From NCBI GenBank assembly GCA_900546345.1, contig URCI01000007.1, forward strand, positions 26,311-90,310: a stretch of 64,000 nucleotides of DNA. Direction: 5' to 3'. Position 1 is the stretch's first letter. Every line of letters starts with the position of its first letter. Of this stretch, positions 40,317 through 50,494 are shown piece by piece. This DNA is from an uncultured Prevotella sp. Its GTDB lineage: Bacteria > Bacteroidota > Bacteroidia > Bacteroidales > Bacteroidaceae. Made by a program: the position numbers and the translations under genes. The notes beneath the pieces are model-generated. The model was not told the DNA's origin and searched no databases. It saw only the letters and a program-made list of their open reading frames with translations.

Positions 40317-41465
40317 TCAATACGCCTCGCTCTCTTCGTCCTTCACTTCCTCGACGGTGAGTTTCTTATGGTCCATGGCATGCCAGCAATAGGCGATATA
40401 GGCCAAAACAAAGGGAATGAGCAAGGAGACATAGAACATGGTTTTGAGCGTGAACAGACTGCTGCAACTGTTGGCAATCGTCAGCGAGCTCTGCAGGTCA
40501 GCGTTGGAGGGATAGTAGGCCGTGTTGTTCCATCCTGCCATCAGGAAGAGAACGAGGACAACGAGCACCGTGCCGATGCCGGCAGGCCAGATGCCGCGCG
40601 CGTAGTCAGCCTTCATCCATGTGAGGAGGATGCCGTAGAGCAGGGCTGCCACGCCGATGATCAGCACGATAGCCAACGGCCACATCGTCAGCAGGTTGCT
40701 GAGATATTTCCCCGACACCATGCTCACCACGCCCGTGCCGGCGTCGTAGGCAAAGCCGTCCTTGACAAGCAGACGCACGAAGAAGGCGAGGAAGAACACG
40801 AGGAAGAGCACCGTGTTGGGCAGCAGTTTGCTGCGGCAGCGCTCGCGCAGCGTTGCCTCGTCGATGTTGTTGCGCATGTAGAGCAGCCCCAGGATGCGGG
40901 CCAGAAAGAGCACGGCCAGGCCGAGCACCACGTTCCATGGGTCGAGGAGCGCATCGAGTCCGCACGAGGCGTTGGCCCAGTGGCTGATGACAGGTTGCGA
41001 GAGCGCCGTGACGTTGGCCTTGTCGACGACGAAGTTGCTGCCGTCGAAGAAGGTGGCAACCGCACCGCCAAGGAGCAGCGGGCCGACGATGCCGTTGATG
41101 ATCAGACATATCTGGAACGTGCGGGGGCCAAGGAAATTCCCGAGTTTGTTTTGAAACTCATAGCTGACGGCCTGGACAACAAACGAGAAGAGGATGATCA
41201 TCCACAGCCAGTAGGCACCGCCAAAACTGGTACTGTAGAACAGGGGGAAGGCGGCGAAGAAGGCACCGCCAAAGGTGACGAGTGTGGTGAAGGTGAACTC
41301 CCATTTACGGCCGGTGGAGTTGAGCACCAGCCGGCGCTCTTCCGGTGTCTTTCCCAATTCAAAGATGAGTGTGTTGGCTCCCTGTACAAAGAGCAGGAAG
41401 ACAAGCAGGGCTCCCAAAAGTGAGATCAGGAACCACCAATAATGCTGAAGAAATGTATATGACAT
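40317..41465 (-). CDS. cydB: cytochrome bd ubiquinol oxidase subunit II
   Basis: KWEFTFTTLVTFGGAFFAAFP; downstream of cydA. Confidence 0.93.
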   Translation of the reverse strand: MSYTFLQHYWWFLISLLGALLVFLLFVQGANTLIFELGKTPEERRLVLNSTGRKWEFTFTTLVTFGGAFFAAFPLFYSTSFGGAYWLWMIILFSFVVQAVSYEFQNKLGNFLGPRTFQICLIINGIVGPLLLGGAVATFFDGSNFVVDKANVTALSQPVISHWANASCGLDALLDPWNVVLGLAVLFLARILGLLYMRNNIDEATLRERCRSKLLPNTVLFLVFFLAFFVRLLVKDGFAYDAGTGVVSMVSGKYLSNLLTMWPLAIVLIIGVAALLYGILLTWMKADYARGIWPAGIGTVLVVLVLFLMAGWNNTAYYPSNADLQSSLTIANSCSSLFTLKTMFYVSLLIPFVLAYIAYCWHAMDHKKLTVEEVKDEESEAY

Positions 41466-41498
41466 GGCTGTTGGATTCTAGGGTTGTTGCAATCGGAT

Positions 41499-43079
41499 TT
41501 ACTCGAAGTGGTAGTTCTTGATCTGTTTGCACAGAATGCTGATCTCCACGGCGAGCATCGTGGTGAAGAGAAAGAGGAAGACGAAGAATGTCGTGGCAAT
41601 GCTGGCGGTTGACACTCCGGAGACGGCGGCACCCACGGGCAGCATGTCCTGGATGGTCCACGGCTGTCGGCCTACCTCGGCAACGACCCATCCTGCCTCG
41701 GAGCCGATATAGGCCAGCGGCAACATGACGATGGCGATGATGAGCAGCCAGCGTGGCTTGGTGATGTCGAGCCGGTAGATATAGTGGAGCACGACAAGGA
41801 AGAACAGGATAAACAGGCAGCCGATGCCCACCATCGTGCGGAAGGCAAAGAAGCTGATCGGGATGTTGGGTACGAGATGATGCACGTCCTTGATATAGCC
41901 ATAGCCGAAGTAGGGCATGTCGGCCTTGAGCTGCGGCAAGAGTTGCTGTGCCTTTGCCTTGGCGGCAGCAGTGTCGCCCTTGCCTGCCTTGGCGGTGGTC
42001 ATCAGTTGCCGGTATTGTGCCAGGTTGGCGATGGCACGCCGTCCGCGCATCATCTTTTCTTTTGCCGAGGGCTCCTTGCTGCCGTCGGGACGGGTGAAGC
42101 CGCGCAGGAGATCGTTCACGCCGGGCACGTAGCCGTCGGCATGATGGGTGGCGAGCAGCGAGAGCATCTGGGGCACAGCGATGCGGTAGGGCGGCTCCAC
42201 CTCGCTCTCATAGTCGGGTTGAGAGAAGGGGCCGGGCAGGGCGACGACGCTGAGGCCCTGGTGTGTGCCACCATTATAGAGTCCTTCCATGGCGGCGAGC
42301 TTCATGGGCTGAGTCTGAGCGACCATATAGGCCGAGTTGTCACCCGTGAAGGCACCGAGCAGCGCAGCGACGAGACCGACGAGGGCACCAATCTTGATGC
42401 TTTGCCGGGCCAACTGTGTGTTGCGGCGCTTGAGCAGATACCAGGCGCTGACGGCCACGGTGAAGGCGGCACCGATGATCCACGATGTGGTCACCGTGTG
42501 GCAGAACTTATCCACGGCAAAGGGTGAGAGGGCCACGTCGGCAAACGATGTCATCTCGAAGCGCATGGTGTCGGGATTGAATTCCTGCCCCACGGGGTAT
42601 TGCATCCAGGCGTTGGCCACCAGGATCCACCAGGCCGAGATCGTCGCGCCCAAGCCCGTGAGCCAGGTGGAGGCCAAGTGAAAACCACGTGACACCTTGT
42701 TCCAGCCAAAGAACATCACAGCCACGAAGGTGCTCTCCATGAAGAAGGCGACGATGCCCTCGATGGCGAGCGGCGCGCCAAAGATGTCGCCGACCATCCA
42801 CGAATAGTTGCTCCAGTTGGTGCCGAACTCAAACTCCAGTATGATGCCGGTGGCCACGCCCATGGCGAAGTTCACGCCGAAAAGGCGTTGCCAGAAGCGG
42901 GCGGCTTCCTTCCAAAAAGGTTTCCCGGTGCGATAATAGCAGGTCTCCACGATGCCCATGATGAGCGCCAGTCCCAGTGTGAGCGGCACGAAGAGCCAGT
43001 GATAGATGGCCGTCAAGGCAAACTGCGCCCTCGCCCAGTCCACCGTTCCGGATGTGATGTCTAATAGGAGATTTGTCAT
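41499..43079 (-). CDS. cydA: cytochrome bd ubiquinol oxidase subunit I
   Basis: HWLFVP, EFEFGTNW, FFMESTF, QPMKLAAME, GRQPW. Confidence 0.96.
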   Translation of the reverse strand: MTNLLLDITSGTVDWARAQFALTAIYHWLFVPLTLGLALIMGIVETCYYRTGKPFWKEAARFWQRLFGVNFAMGVATGIILEFEFGTNWSNYSWMVGDIFGAPLAIEGIVAFFMESTFVAVMFFGWNKVSRGFHLASTWLTGLGATISAWWILVANAWMQYPVGQEFNPDTMRFEMTSFADVALSPFAVDKFCHTVTTSWIIGAAFTVAVSAWYLLKRRNTQLARQSIKIGALVGLVAALLGAFTGDNSAYMVAQTQPMKLAAMEGLYNGGTHQGLSVVALPGPFSQPDYESEVEPPYRIAVPQMLSLLATHHADGYVPGVNDLLRGFTRPDGSKEPSAKEKMMRGRRAIANLAQYRQLMTTAKAGKGDTAAAKAKAQQLLPQLKADMPYFGYGYIKDVHHLVPNIPISFFAFRTMVGIGCLFILFFLVVLHYIYRLDITKPRWLLIIAIVMLPLAYIGSEAGWVVAEVGRQPWTIQDMLPVGAAVSGVSTASIATTFFVFLFLFTTMLAVEISILCKQIKNYHFE

Positions 43080-43105
43080 TGTGTTGCTGTTAAATGGTTA
43101 ATGGG

Positions 43106-43330
43106 TTATTTTTTTAATATCTGTGAAGACACGAAGTCTGCTTCCTGCCCTTTCTGTGCGTGCTCATGGATGTAGTTGGGAAAGAAGAACAGTTTGAGCA
43201 CGGCAAAGATGATGAAGAGCTTGATGAGTATCACAGCCCACAGCGTGCGTCCGACGGTCATGCTTCGGAAGCCATCGTAGTAGAGGTGCCATACCGAGGA
43301 GGCGATGTGTTTGAGTCGTGTTGTTGTCAT
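43106..43330 (-). CDS. DUF4492 small membrane protein of the cyd operon
   Basis: YYDGFRSMTVGRTLW...KLFFFP, upstream of cydA. Confidence 0.88.
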   Translation of the reverse strand: MTTTRLKHIASSVWHLYYDGFRSMTVGRTLWAVILIKLFIIFAVLKLFFFPNYIHEHAQKGQEADFVSSQILKK

Positions 43331-43624
43331 CAGTGAAATTTTAGTCCTTAGGAAGGTTTACTGTTGGCAAATATACGATAAAAAATCTAAAGGTGCAAGG
43401 GAAGTCGTGCAAAAAAAATAAGATTGTAACATTAACTGATCATTTTCCGCCCTTGATACGGCGATTTTTTCGACCAAGTCCTCCCTCGGCCGGATTTTCG
43501 CGATTTTTATCGTGTTTACTGAAACCGCTGATATGTAGGAAGTTGTGATTTTGACATAAGGTTTAAACACTGAAAAAGGGTTGCGAAGGCCGTCATTTCT
43601 TTGTCTTTTGCCGGTCAAACAATT

Positions 43625-43741
43625 GAGATGACCTGAAGAAAACAGTAAGATGAGCTGAAGAAACCATTGAGATGACACGATAAAACCAATGAGATGACGC
43701 AAAGAAACCAATGAGATGACAGGACAAAAAACAGAGATGAG
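43625..43741. repeat. six-unit array, 22-bp period, consensus about AAACCAWTGAGATGAC
   Basis: Cores start at 43625, 43647, 43669, 43691, 43713 and 43734. Confidence 0.85.
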
Positions 43742-43925
43742 CATGGAATGACGGTTTGAACGCCATTTCATACTCATCTCTGTGCGCTAGAATGAAAGTG
43801 CGCAGTGATGCACTTTTGTCAAGGAAATTACGGTGTAATCCTTTGCGGAACAAGCCTGCCGGTCCGGACGGCTGTCTGCACACCGGCGGCCGATATGCGC
43901 TTCAGCGCAAAGTGTTGGTGACGGA

Positions 43926-44378
43926 TCACCTGAGTTTCCGGCCCTCAAATTTCTCGATGGCCTCCACCCAGTCGGGCCACATCTCCACGGCCTCGTTGGT
44001 TTCCAGGTCATAGGCCACCATGATCGTCTTGCCCACGCACTTCACCTCGTGTGAGTCGGTGTCGATGAGGCGCTGGACGAGCTGGAAGCTCTTATGGCCA
44101 ATGTGGGTGATCGCTGTCTCCACGGCCACGTGATCCCCGATATGGACCTGCGAGAGGAAGTCTGCATCGACATGCACGGTGACAATGGCGTGACGCTGGT
44201 CGATTTTCGTGTCGTGTATGTTGGCGAAGTAATCCATCTTGGCCATGTCGTAGTATTGGAAGTAGAGCGTGTTGTTGATGTGTCCGAACTGATCGGCATC
44301 GTTCCATCTCAGCTGTATGGGCAGAGCGTGATGAAACACCACGCTTTCCTGTTCTTTCTGATCTTCTGTTTCTTTCAT
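43926..44378 (-). CDS. acyl-CoA thioesterase (4HBT hotdog fold)
   Basis: RWNDADQFGHINN. Confidence 0.9.
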   Translation of the reverse strand: MKETEDQKEQESVVFHHALPIQLRWNDADQFGHINNTLYFQYYDMAKMDYFANIHDTKIDQRHAIVTVHVDADFLSQVHIGDHVAVETAITHIGHKSFQLVQRLIDTDSHEVKCVGKTIMVAYDLETNEAVEMWPDWVEAIEKFEGRKLR

Positions 44379-44389
44379 GATCGCTTTAA

Positions 44390-46873
44390 TTATTCTGGTA
44401 TCTTGTCATACATGGCTTTCCACCAGCTGTCATCGTCCTGCAGCCACTTGGCAAACCAGGCGAAGATGGTGTTCTGCCATTTGATGCGCTTGTTGTAGTC
44501 TTGTATCCAGTGGTTCTCCCCTTCCACTTCCACGAGAGCCACGGGACGGCCCAGGAGCTTCAGTGCCGTGTAGAGCGCGATGCTGTTGGCCGTGGGCACG
44601 TTGGTGTCGGCGGTGCCGTGGACGAGCAGCAGCGGCGTGTGGATCTTGTCGGCATTGTAGAGCGGGCTGTGGTCGACATAGAGATCGCGGTCTGACCACG
44701 GATAGCGGTTGGCCATGCTCACCTCGCTGTAGGAATAGCCCCAGTAGCCCGATCCCCAGTATTGTGTGTGGTCGCTGATGCCGGCGTGTGAGACGGCAGC
44801 GGCAAAGAGATCGGTCTTGGTCTGCAGATACTGCGTCATGAAGCCACCGTAGGAAGCGCCGAGGCATCCGATCTTCTTCGCGTTGATAAAGCTGTGGTCG
44901 GCGCAGAACTTCTTTGTGCCCTCGATGATGTCGTCGGCCACGCCGTCACCCGCTGTGTCGACATGGCGGGAGGCAAACTCCTGGCCGAAGCCGGCGGCAC
45001 CGCTTGGCTCGATGACGTAGACCACATAACCCTTGGAGGCATAGAGCGGGAAGGGATAGTTGCCACCGAAGTAGCGGCTTGTCGGGGAGCAACCACCATA
45101 GTAATAGACGATCATCGGATATTTCTTCGTCGCGTCGAAGTGAGGCGGCAGATAGTAGCGGCCGTAGATGGTGTCGCCGCGGCTGCTGGTGAAGTTCCAA
45201 TCTTTGCAGGACGGCAGGTCGACGTCGGCGAGCTTGCGCTGCTGGTCTTCCAGGAGCGTGGACTTGCCGTTGGCGGTGTTCATCATGTAGAGGCGGTCGA
45301 CGTTGAGGGCGCTCTGTCCGTTGTAGCAGAGCACAGGCGCTGTCTCAGCCATGTCCACACCTCCGACATAGTCTTCGGGTGTGTTGAGGGTCTCGATCTT
45401 GCCGCTCTTGGGATCCATGCGGAAGAGGCGGCGGTAGTCACGGTCAAGTGCGTTGAAATAGATCTTGCCGTCGTAGTAGTTCCACTGCATGGTCTCGATG
45501 CTCGGATCGAAGTCCTTGGTCATCGGGCGTATCTTGCGTGTGGCGCAGTCGATGGTGTAGAGCTGATAGTCGTACATGCTCGGGATGCGCCCCTTGGGCA
45601 GGTTCTCGCCGATGCCGCCAAGGCACTCCGGTGAGCCCTTCACGGCGATGGTGCGGGCATCGGGAGAGAATACCGCATTGGCGATGAAGCCGTCGCTGTC
45701 GACAAGACACTCCTGTCGCATCGTGCTCAGGTCGAGGCGATAGATCGAGTTGAGCGTTGTCGGCCGTTTGCTCAGGCGGGCACGCGACACCATATATAAT
45801 AGGTAGCGGCTGTCGCGCGAGATGTCGCAGAGCGACACATCGTGGTAGCCAAAGGTCAGCGGCTGGGCGTAGCCTGTCGACAAGTCGTATTTGAGCAGTT
45901 GGTTGCGGTTGCGCCATCCCGGCTGCCGGTCATCGGGCTGAATGATCTGGTGGACTTGGCTGTCGTCTTTCGGGCCTTCGGTTTGTTTCGAGATGATGAG
46001 GTATTTGCCGTTGGGCGCCATCGTCCAGTCACCCTCGGGGAGATTGTCAGTGAGCACCGTCTCGGCACCGGTGACGACATCGGCCTCGACGAGTTGTGTG
46101 CCCTTGACGCCCTTGCGGGTGAAGAGATAGCTGTCTTTGCCCGGCATCCAGCGCAGATTCTTGTCAGAGGTGCGCACGGTGGTGCCGCGTCGAAGGTCGT
46201 AGATGGTGTAGAGCCACGCCGTGTTGTTGGCCGACGTGGTTTCGTAGGACGTGGTGATGGCGTAGCGTCCGTCGTAGCTGACCTGACTGCCATAGTAGTG
46301 CTTGCCGTTGAGGAAGTCGTAGAGCGTCAGTTCGCGCCGTCCGTTGTCGGAGGTAGAGAACAGCGCATCGGTGTCGCTGTCGAGGCTCACTTGCAGCGAG
46401 TCGTGCTCACCGGGCTCGGTGAGGTATTTGATGACGATGTCGTGCGTGGCGGGTGTGAGTGTGAGCGTGCCGTCGCTTTTCTGTCCGTCGACATAGAGCT
46501 CGTAGTGTTTCATCTTACCCACCCGGAGCGTGGCTTTGGCATAGCGGTCGTTCTTGAGCGTGAACTGCAGCAGATGGAGCGCGGTGGCGTTTTTGCTGGA
46601 TGGAGCGAAGGTGCCGTTGTAGGCTTTGCCTTGGCGTGCTTTGGTCAGGTCGACAAAGGTGCCGAGCAGGTTGTCGGTTTTGAAGCCCTGACGGTCCAGC
46701 CCGATGGTGTCGACCATCACAGGGCGTTGCAGTGCAAAGGGACCGCTATAGCGGAAATGGGTCACGGGGCGTGTGGCCGCCAGCATGGGTTGCAGTGTGC
46801 ATAGGGCAAGGCCTATCAGGGCGGAGCCTCTGCTCAGCAACGTGGTGGCGGCATGATGATGGATGTTCTTCAT
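44390..46873 (-). CDS. S9 family (prolyl oligopeptidase-like) peptidase
   Basis: GASYGG, DTNV, GENH catalytic triad; beta-propeller region. Confidence 0.92.
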   Translation of the reverse strand: MKNIHHHAATTLLSRGSALIGLALCTLQPMLAATRPVTHFRYSGPFALQRPVMVDTIGLDRQGFKTDNLLGTFVDLTKARQGKAYNGTFAPSSKNATALHLLQFTLKNDRYAKATLRVGKMKHYELYVDGQKSDGTLTLTPATHDIVIKYLTEPGEHDSLQVSLDSDTDALFSTSDNGRRELTLYDFLNGKHYYGSQVSYDGRYAITTSYETTSANNTAWLYTIYDLRRGTTVRTSDKNLRWMPGKDSYLFTRKGVKGTQLVEADVVTGAETVLTDNLPEGDWTMAPNGKYLIISKQTEGPKDDSQVHQIIQPDDRQPGWRNRNQLLKYDLSTGYAQPLTFGYHDVSLCDISRDSRYLLYMVSRARLSKRPTTLNSIYRLDLSTMRQECLVDSDGFIANAVFSPDARTIAVKGSPECLGGIGENLPKGRIPSMYDYQLYTIDCATRKIRPMTKDFDPSIETMQWNYYDGKIYFNALDRDYRRLFRMDPKSGKIETLNTPEDYVGGVDMAETAPVLCYNGQSALNVDRLYMMNTANGKSTLLEDQQRKLADVDLPSCKDWNFTSSRGDTIYGRYYLPPHFDATKKYPMIVYYYGGCSPTSRYFGGNYPFPLYASKGYVVYVIEPSGAAGFGQEFASRHVDTAGDGVADDIIEGTKKFCADHSFINAKKIGCLGASYGGFMTQYLQTKTDLFAAAVSHAGISDHTQYWGSGYWGYSYSEVSMANRYPWSDRDLYVDHSPLYNADKIHTPLLLVHGTADTNVPTANSIALYTALKLLGRPVALVEVEGENHWIQDYNKRIKWQNTIFAWFAKWLQDDDSWWKAMYDKIPE

Positions 46874-46996
46874 AAATGATGCGGTTAAAACAAAAACTTT
46901 TCTCTCAATTCACCTGCAAACTTACACAAAATATATGAATTCCGTGCAGAAATGCTACAATATATTATAAAGACACAGTTAATCAGACAAAAGAAC

Positions 46997-48784
46997 TCAC
47001 TTCTTGTAGTAGTGCGCATAGTTGAAGAAGGGCTCGGTGACGACATTTTTGCTTGAGGCGCGGTACACATTGCCGTAAGGGTCATGGGCGCGCACGGTGA
47101 CCTCTGCTGAAGGCGAGGCCGGCTCGTAGTAGTAGAGGTGGTTCATGATGAGGTATTTGTTGCTTTTGCCGACAAAATAATAGGGCACGGAGACCGCGTA
47201 GCGATGGTGATAGCCCACGGCAAAGGCATCCTGCCCCAGTCCGCTGAGCCTTTTCATCGGATACTCCACACCATTCTCGATGGCATAGACCTTCCAGCGC
47301 GAGTCCGCATTGAAGACATTTGCCACGATCACGCCTTTGCCGCGTGGCAGATTCCAGTCAGCTGCATACGACTCGCCGTTGAAGTCGGTGTCAGCACGGA
47401 ACAGCGCCATCTGGGTCATGCGGTTCCAGCGAGTGCCCTTGTAGTAGTCGGTGTAGATCGCTGTGCCTTGGAAGCCATAGATGTAATAGCCGTTGGGCGT
47501 ACCACAGATATTGATGTTGGACTGCCAGATGTTGCCGCAGGCCGCTGCATGACAGTGCTCGAGGAGATGGCGTCCGTGGTAGTCCACCTCATGGTTGAGG
47601 GCAAAGTGGGTGTGACCGCAAAACAGTTCGTATCCGCCCTTGAAGGTATCGAGCAGCGAGAGGATCTCGGTCAGACGTGATGACGTGTAGTGTCCTTCCT
47701 CTGAAGAGATGCCCACAGGCTCAGCCCCTTTTTTGGGACGTGTGCCCATGGTGAGCGGGATGTGGTAGCACAGCACCACCTTTTTCTGTTTGTTTGCCAG
47801 TGCGAGATCTTTCTTCAGCCACGCCATTTGCTGGTCAGTCAGCTCGCCGGGCTGCCAATAGACCGATCCCCGATAGAAATGACAGTCGTTGAAACACACG
47901 TAGTGCTCGTCGCCGCGGTCAAAAGAGTAGTCTGTGGGGCCCCAAGCCTCTTCCCATTTGCGCTTATAAGCGTCTTTGCCGTCCTGATCGTGGTTGCCGA
48001 TGACAGAGAAAAGCCTCATGCGCGAGGCTCCTAATGTCTTGCGGATCTTCATCTCCAACGTGGCGTTGTAGCCCCCGTAGTATTGTACGTCGTCGCCCAT
48101 GCTCAGTCCGTAGACCGGCAGATCGCCGGGCAGAGAATTCAACGTCTGCCTCACGTCGGCCATCGTCTCTATGGCGAAGCGGTCCACATCAGTGATTTTT
48201 ACGGGATTGTCATTGGGGCCTTTGTAGTAAGGGCTGTAGGCGTTGGTCACCTGGGGATCGCCGAAGACCAGCATCGCATAACGGCTCTCTTTGCCCGAAG
48301 GCAGTGGCTTGAGGCGGAAGTCATAGACCGAGTCGGTGGCCGTGATGCGGCGGTAGATACAAGCCGTGCGGTCTTTGCTGCTATGAACAGGCACTTCCGC
48401 CCAGTCGGGAACGGTGTAGTAGACAAAGCTGGCGGCAGCGCGGCGGCGCAGCGCATAGTGGCCCAAGGAGTCGGTGAGCACACAGTCGATGCCGTCGCTC
48501 ACCGTGATGCCGGGCACGGGCGTTCCGTCGGTGCGTGTCAGTGTGCCTTGGATCATCTGTGAGGGCTTGGGCGCCGGTCTCTGTACTTGGGGTTTGAGGG
48601 CGCGATGCACGGTGTCGCGGATCGTGTCGGCATGGTGCTTCACGGCCATCGGTTGCCGGATGGGCTGGGTATCCTGCCCGTCGGACTGATGCCAGGCGGT
48701 GAATGCTGCGGCCAGGACGACAATTGTCGCCACCAGTGCAGCCAGCGTGAGAAGGATGGAATGTTGCTTGTCTTTCTTGTCCAT
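46997..48784 (-). CDS. calcineurin-like metallophosphoesterase, membrane-anchored
   Basis: GDPQ, MGD, GNHD, GHTH, GTPNGY; N-terminal TM helix. Confidence 0.88.
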   Translation of the reverse strand: MDKKDKQHSILLTLAALVATIVVLAAAFTAWHQSDGQDTQPIRQPMAVKHHADTIRDTVHRALKPQVQRPAPKPSQMIQGTLTRTDGTPVPGITVSDGIDCVLTDSLGHYALRRRAAASFVYYTVPDWAEVPVHSSKDRTACIYRRITATDSVYDFRLKPLPSGKESRYAMLVFGDPQVTNAYSPYYKGPNDNPVKITDVDRFAIETMADVRQTLNSLPGDLPVYGLSMGDDVQYYGGYNATLEMKIRKTLGASRMRLFSVIGNHDQDGKDAYKRKWEEAWGPTDYSFDRGDEHYVCFNDCHFYRGSVYWQPGELTDQQMAWLKKDLALANKQKKVVLCYHIPLTMGTRPKKGAEPVGISSEEGHYTSSRLTEILSLLDTFKGGYELFCGHTHFALNHEVDYHGRHLLEHCHAAACGNIWQSNINICGTPNGYYIYGFQGTAIYTDYYKGTRWNRMTQMALFRADTDFNGESYAADWNLPRGKGVIVANVFNADSRWKVYAIENGVEYPMKRLSGLGQDAFAVGYHHRYAVSVPYYFVGKSNKYLIMNHLYYYEPASPSAEVTVRAHDPYGNVYRASSKNVVTEPFFNYAHYYKK

Positions 48785-48927
48785 AGCTGTGCATTTCGAT
48801 GCACAAAGTTACACATAATTCATGACTTTATGCCTTTTTGTGCTTTTATTCCGTCATAATTTCGTAACTTTGCGGGTACAAATGACATTTCGGACACATA
48901 TTATTTATTATATAACACTTAAACGTT

Positions 48928-49689
48928 ATGGAAAAGAAAGGATTATTGGAGGGTAAGACCGCGCTCATCACCGGTGCAGCCCGTGGTATCGGCAAGGCCA
49001 TTGCCCTGCGTTTTGCTCAGGAAGGCGCCAACATCGCCTTCACCGATCTCGCTATCGATGAGGAGCACGGCGGTTTGGAGACCGAGCGCGAGCTCAATGC
49101 GCTGGGTGTGAAAGCCAAGGGCTATGCCAGCAATGCGGCTGACTTTGCGCAGACCGAGGCTACTGTGAAGCAGGTAGTCGCCGACTTTGGCTCTGTGGAT
49201 ATTCTGGTCAACAATGCCGGTATCACCAAGGACGGACTCATGCTGCGTATGTCTGAGGCACAGTGGGACGCTGTCATCGCCGTGAACCTCAAGAGTGCCT
49301 TCAACTTCATCCATGCTTGTATTCCTTACATGATGCGCCAGCGCGACGGCCGTATCATCAACATGAGCTCTGTCGTCGGCGTGCATGGCAATGCCGGACA
49401 GTGCAACTACTCTGCTTCCAAGGCTGGTCTGATCGCTTTGGCAAAGAGTATTGCTCAGGAGATGGGCCCCAAGGGTATCCGTGCCAACGCCATTGCACCG
49501 GGCTTCATCGACACTGCTATGACACAAGCTCTGCCTGAGCCTGTCCGCAAGCAGTGGGTCAGCCATATCCCTGTACGCCGTGCGGGTACGGTCAACGACA
49601 TCGCTGACACGGCTGTCTATCTGGCTTCTGATCTCTCAAGCTATGTCTCTGGTCAGGTCATCCAGGTCGATGGTGGTATGAACATGTAA
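48928..49689 (+). CDS. fabG: 3-oxoacyl-ACP reductase
   Basis: TGAARGIG, NNAGITKD, YSASK. Confidence 0.93.
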   Translation: MEKKGLLEGKTALITGAARGIGKAIALRFAQEGANIAFTDLAIDEEHGGLETERELNALGVKAKGYASNAADFAQTEATVKQVVADFGSVDILVNNAGITKDGLMLRMSEAQWDAVIAVNLKSAFNFIHACIPYMMRQRDGRIINMSSVVGVHGNAGQCNYSASKAGLIALAKSIAQEMGPKGIRANAIAPGFIDTAMTQALPEPVRKQWVSHIPVRRAGTVNDIADTAVYLASDLSSYVSGQVIQVDGGMNM

Positions 49690-49776
49690 ACAAAGTTGAA
49701 TGATGAATGATGAGTTGTTACAACATTCAACATTGTCATAACTCATCATTCAACATTCATCGTTCATCATTTTTTT

Positions 49777-50445
49777 ATGCGGGTCGTTTACGAGGATAAT
49801 CACGTCATCATCGTCTATAAGGAGAGTGGGGAGATCGTGCAGGGCGACAAGACCGGCGACATACCTCTTTCGGAAACGGTGAAAGACTATATTAAGGAGA
49901 AGTATCACAAGCCTGGCAATGTGTTTCTGGGTGTGGTGCATCGCCTCGATCGTCCTGTGGCGGGCCTCGTCGTCTTTGCTCGTACCAGCAAGGCTCTGTC
50001 AAGACTCAATGAGATGTTCCGCAAAGGCGAGGTGCACAAGACTTATTGGGCCATCACGCAGAATGTGCCCGCCGATGAGCAGGGCACGCTGACCAACTGG
50101 ATGACGCGCAACGAAAAACAAAACAAAAGCTACGCCTACGACCGGGAAGTGCCGGGGGCCAAGAAAGCCGTGCTCAACTATCGTGTCATCGGGCACAGCG
50201 ACCACTATCATCTCTTGGAGATCACATTGCTCACAGGCCGTCATCATCAGATCCGGTGCCAGCTTTCTCACATCGGTTGCCCCATCAAGGGTGACCTGAA
50301 ATATGGCGCTCGGCGCAGCAATCCCGACGGCAGTATCTCACTGCTCTCGCATCGTGTGCAGTTCACACACCCGGTGTCGGGCAAGGACATAGACATTGTC
50401 TCGCCATTGCCCGACGACGCACTGTGGCAATCGTTCGGGAAGTAA
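49777..50445 (+). CDS. RluA-family RNA pseudouridine synthase
   Basis: HRLDRP, TGRHHQIR, GDLKYG. Confidence 0.93.
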   Translation: MRVVYEDNHVIIVYKESGEIVQGDKTGDIPLSETVKDYIKEKYHKPGNVFLGVVHRLDRPVAGLVVFARTSKALSRLNEMFRKGEVHKTYWAITQNVPADEQGTLTNWMTRNEKQNKSYAYDREVPGAKKAVLNYRVIGHSDHYHLLEITLLTGRHHQIRCQLSHIGCPIKGDLKYGARRSNPDGSISLLSHRVQFTHPVSGKDIDIVSPLPDDALWQSFGK

Positions 50446-50494
50446 TGTGGGTGATCCCTCTTTGTGATCACCCTTTTGTATGGTTCCTTACGGT

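Noticed and set aside
43620..43745. 22-bp arrays as CRISPR or TIGR-type guide arrays
   Set aside because: Variable parts are only about 6-9 bp, the unit is too short for CRISPR, and no cas or Nop-domain gene was recognised in the window.
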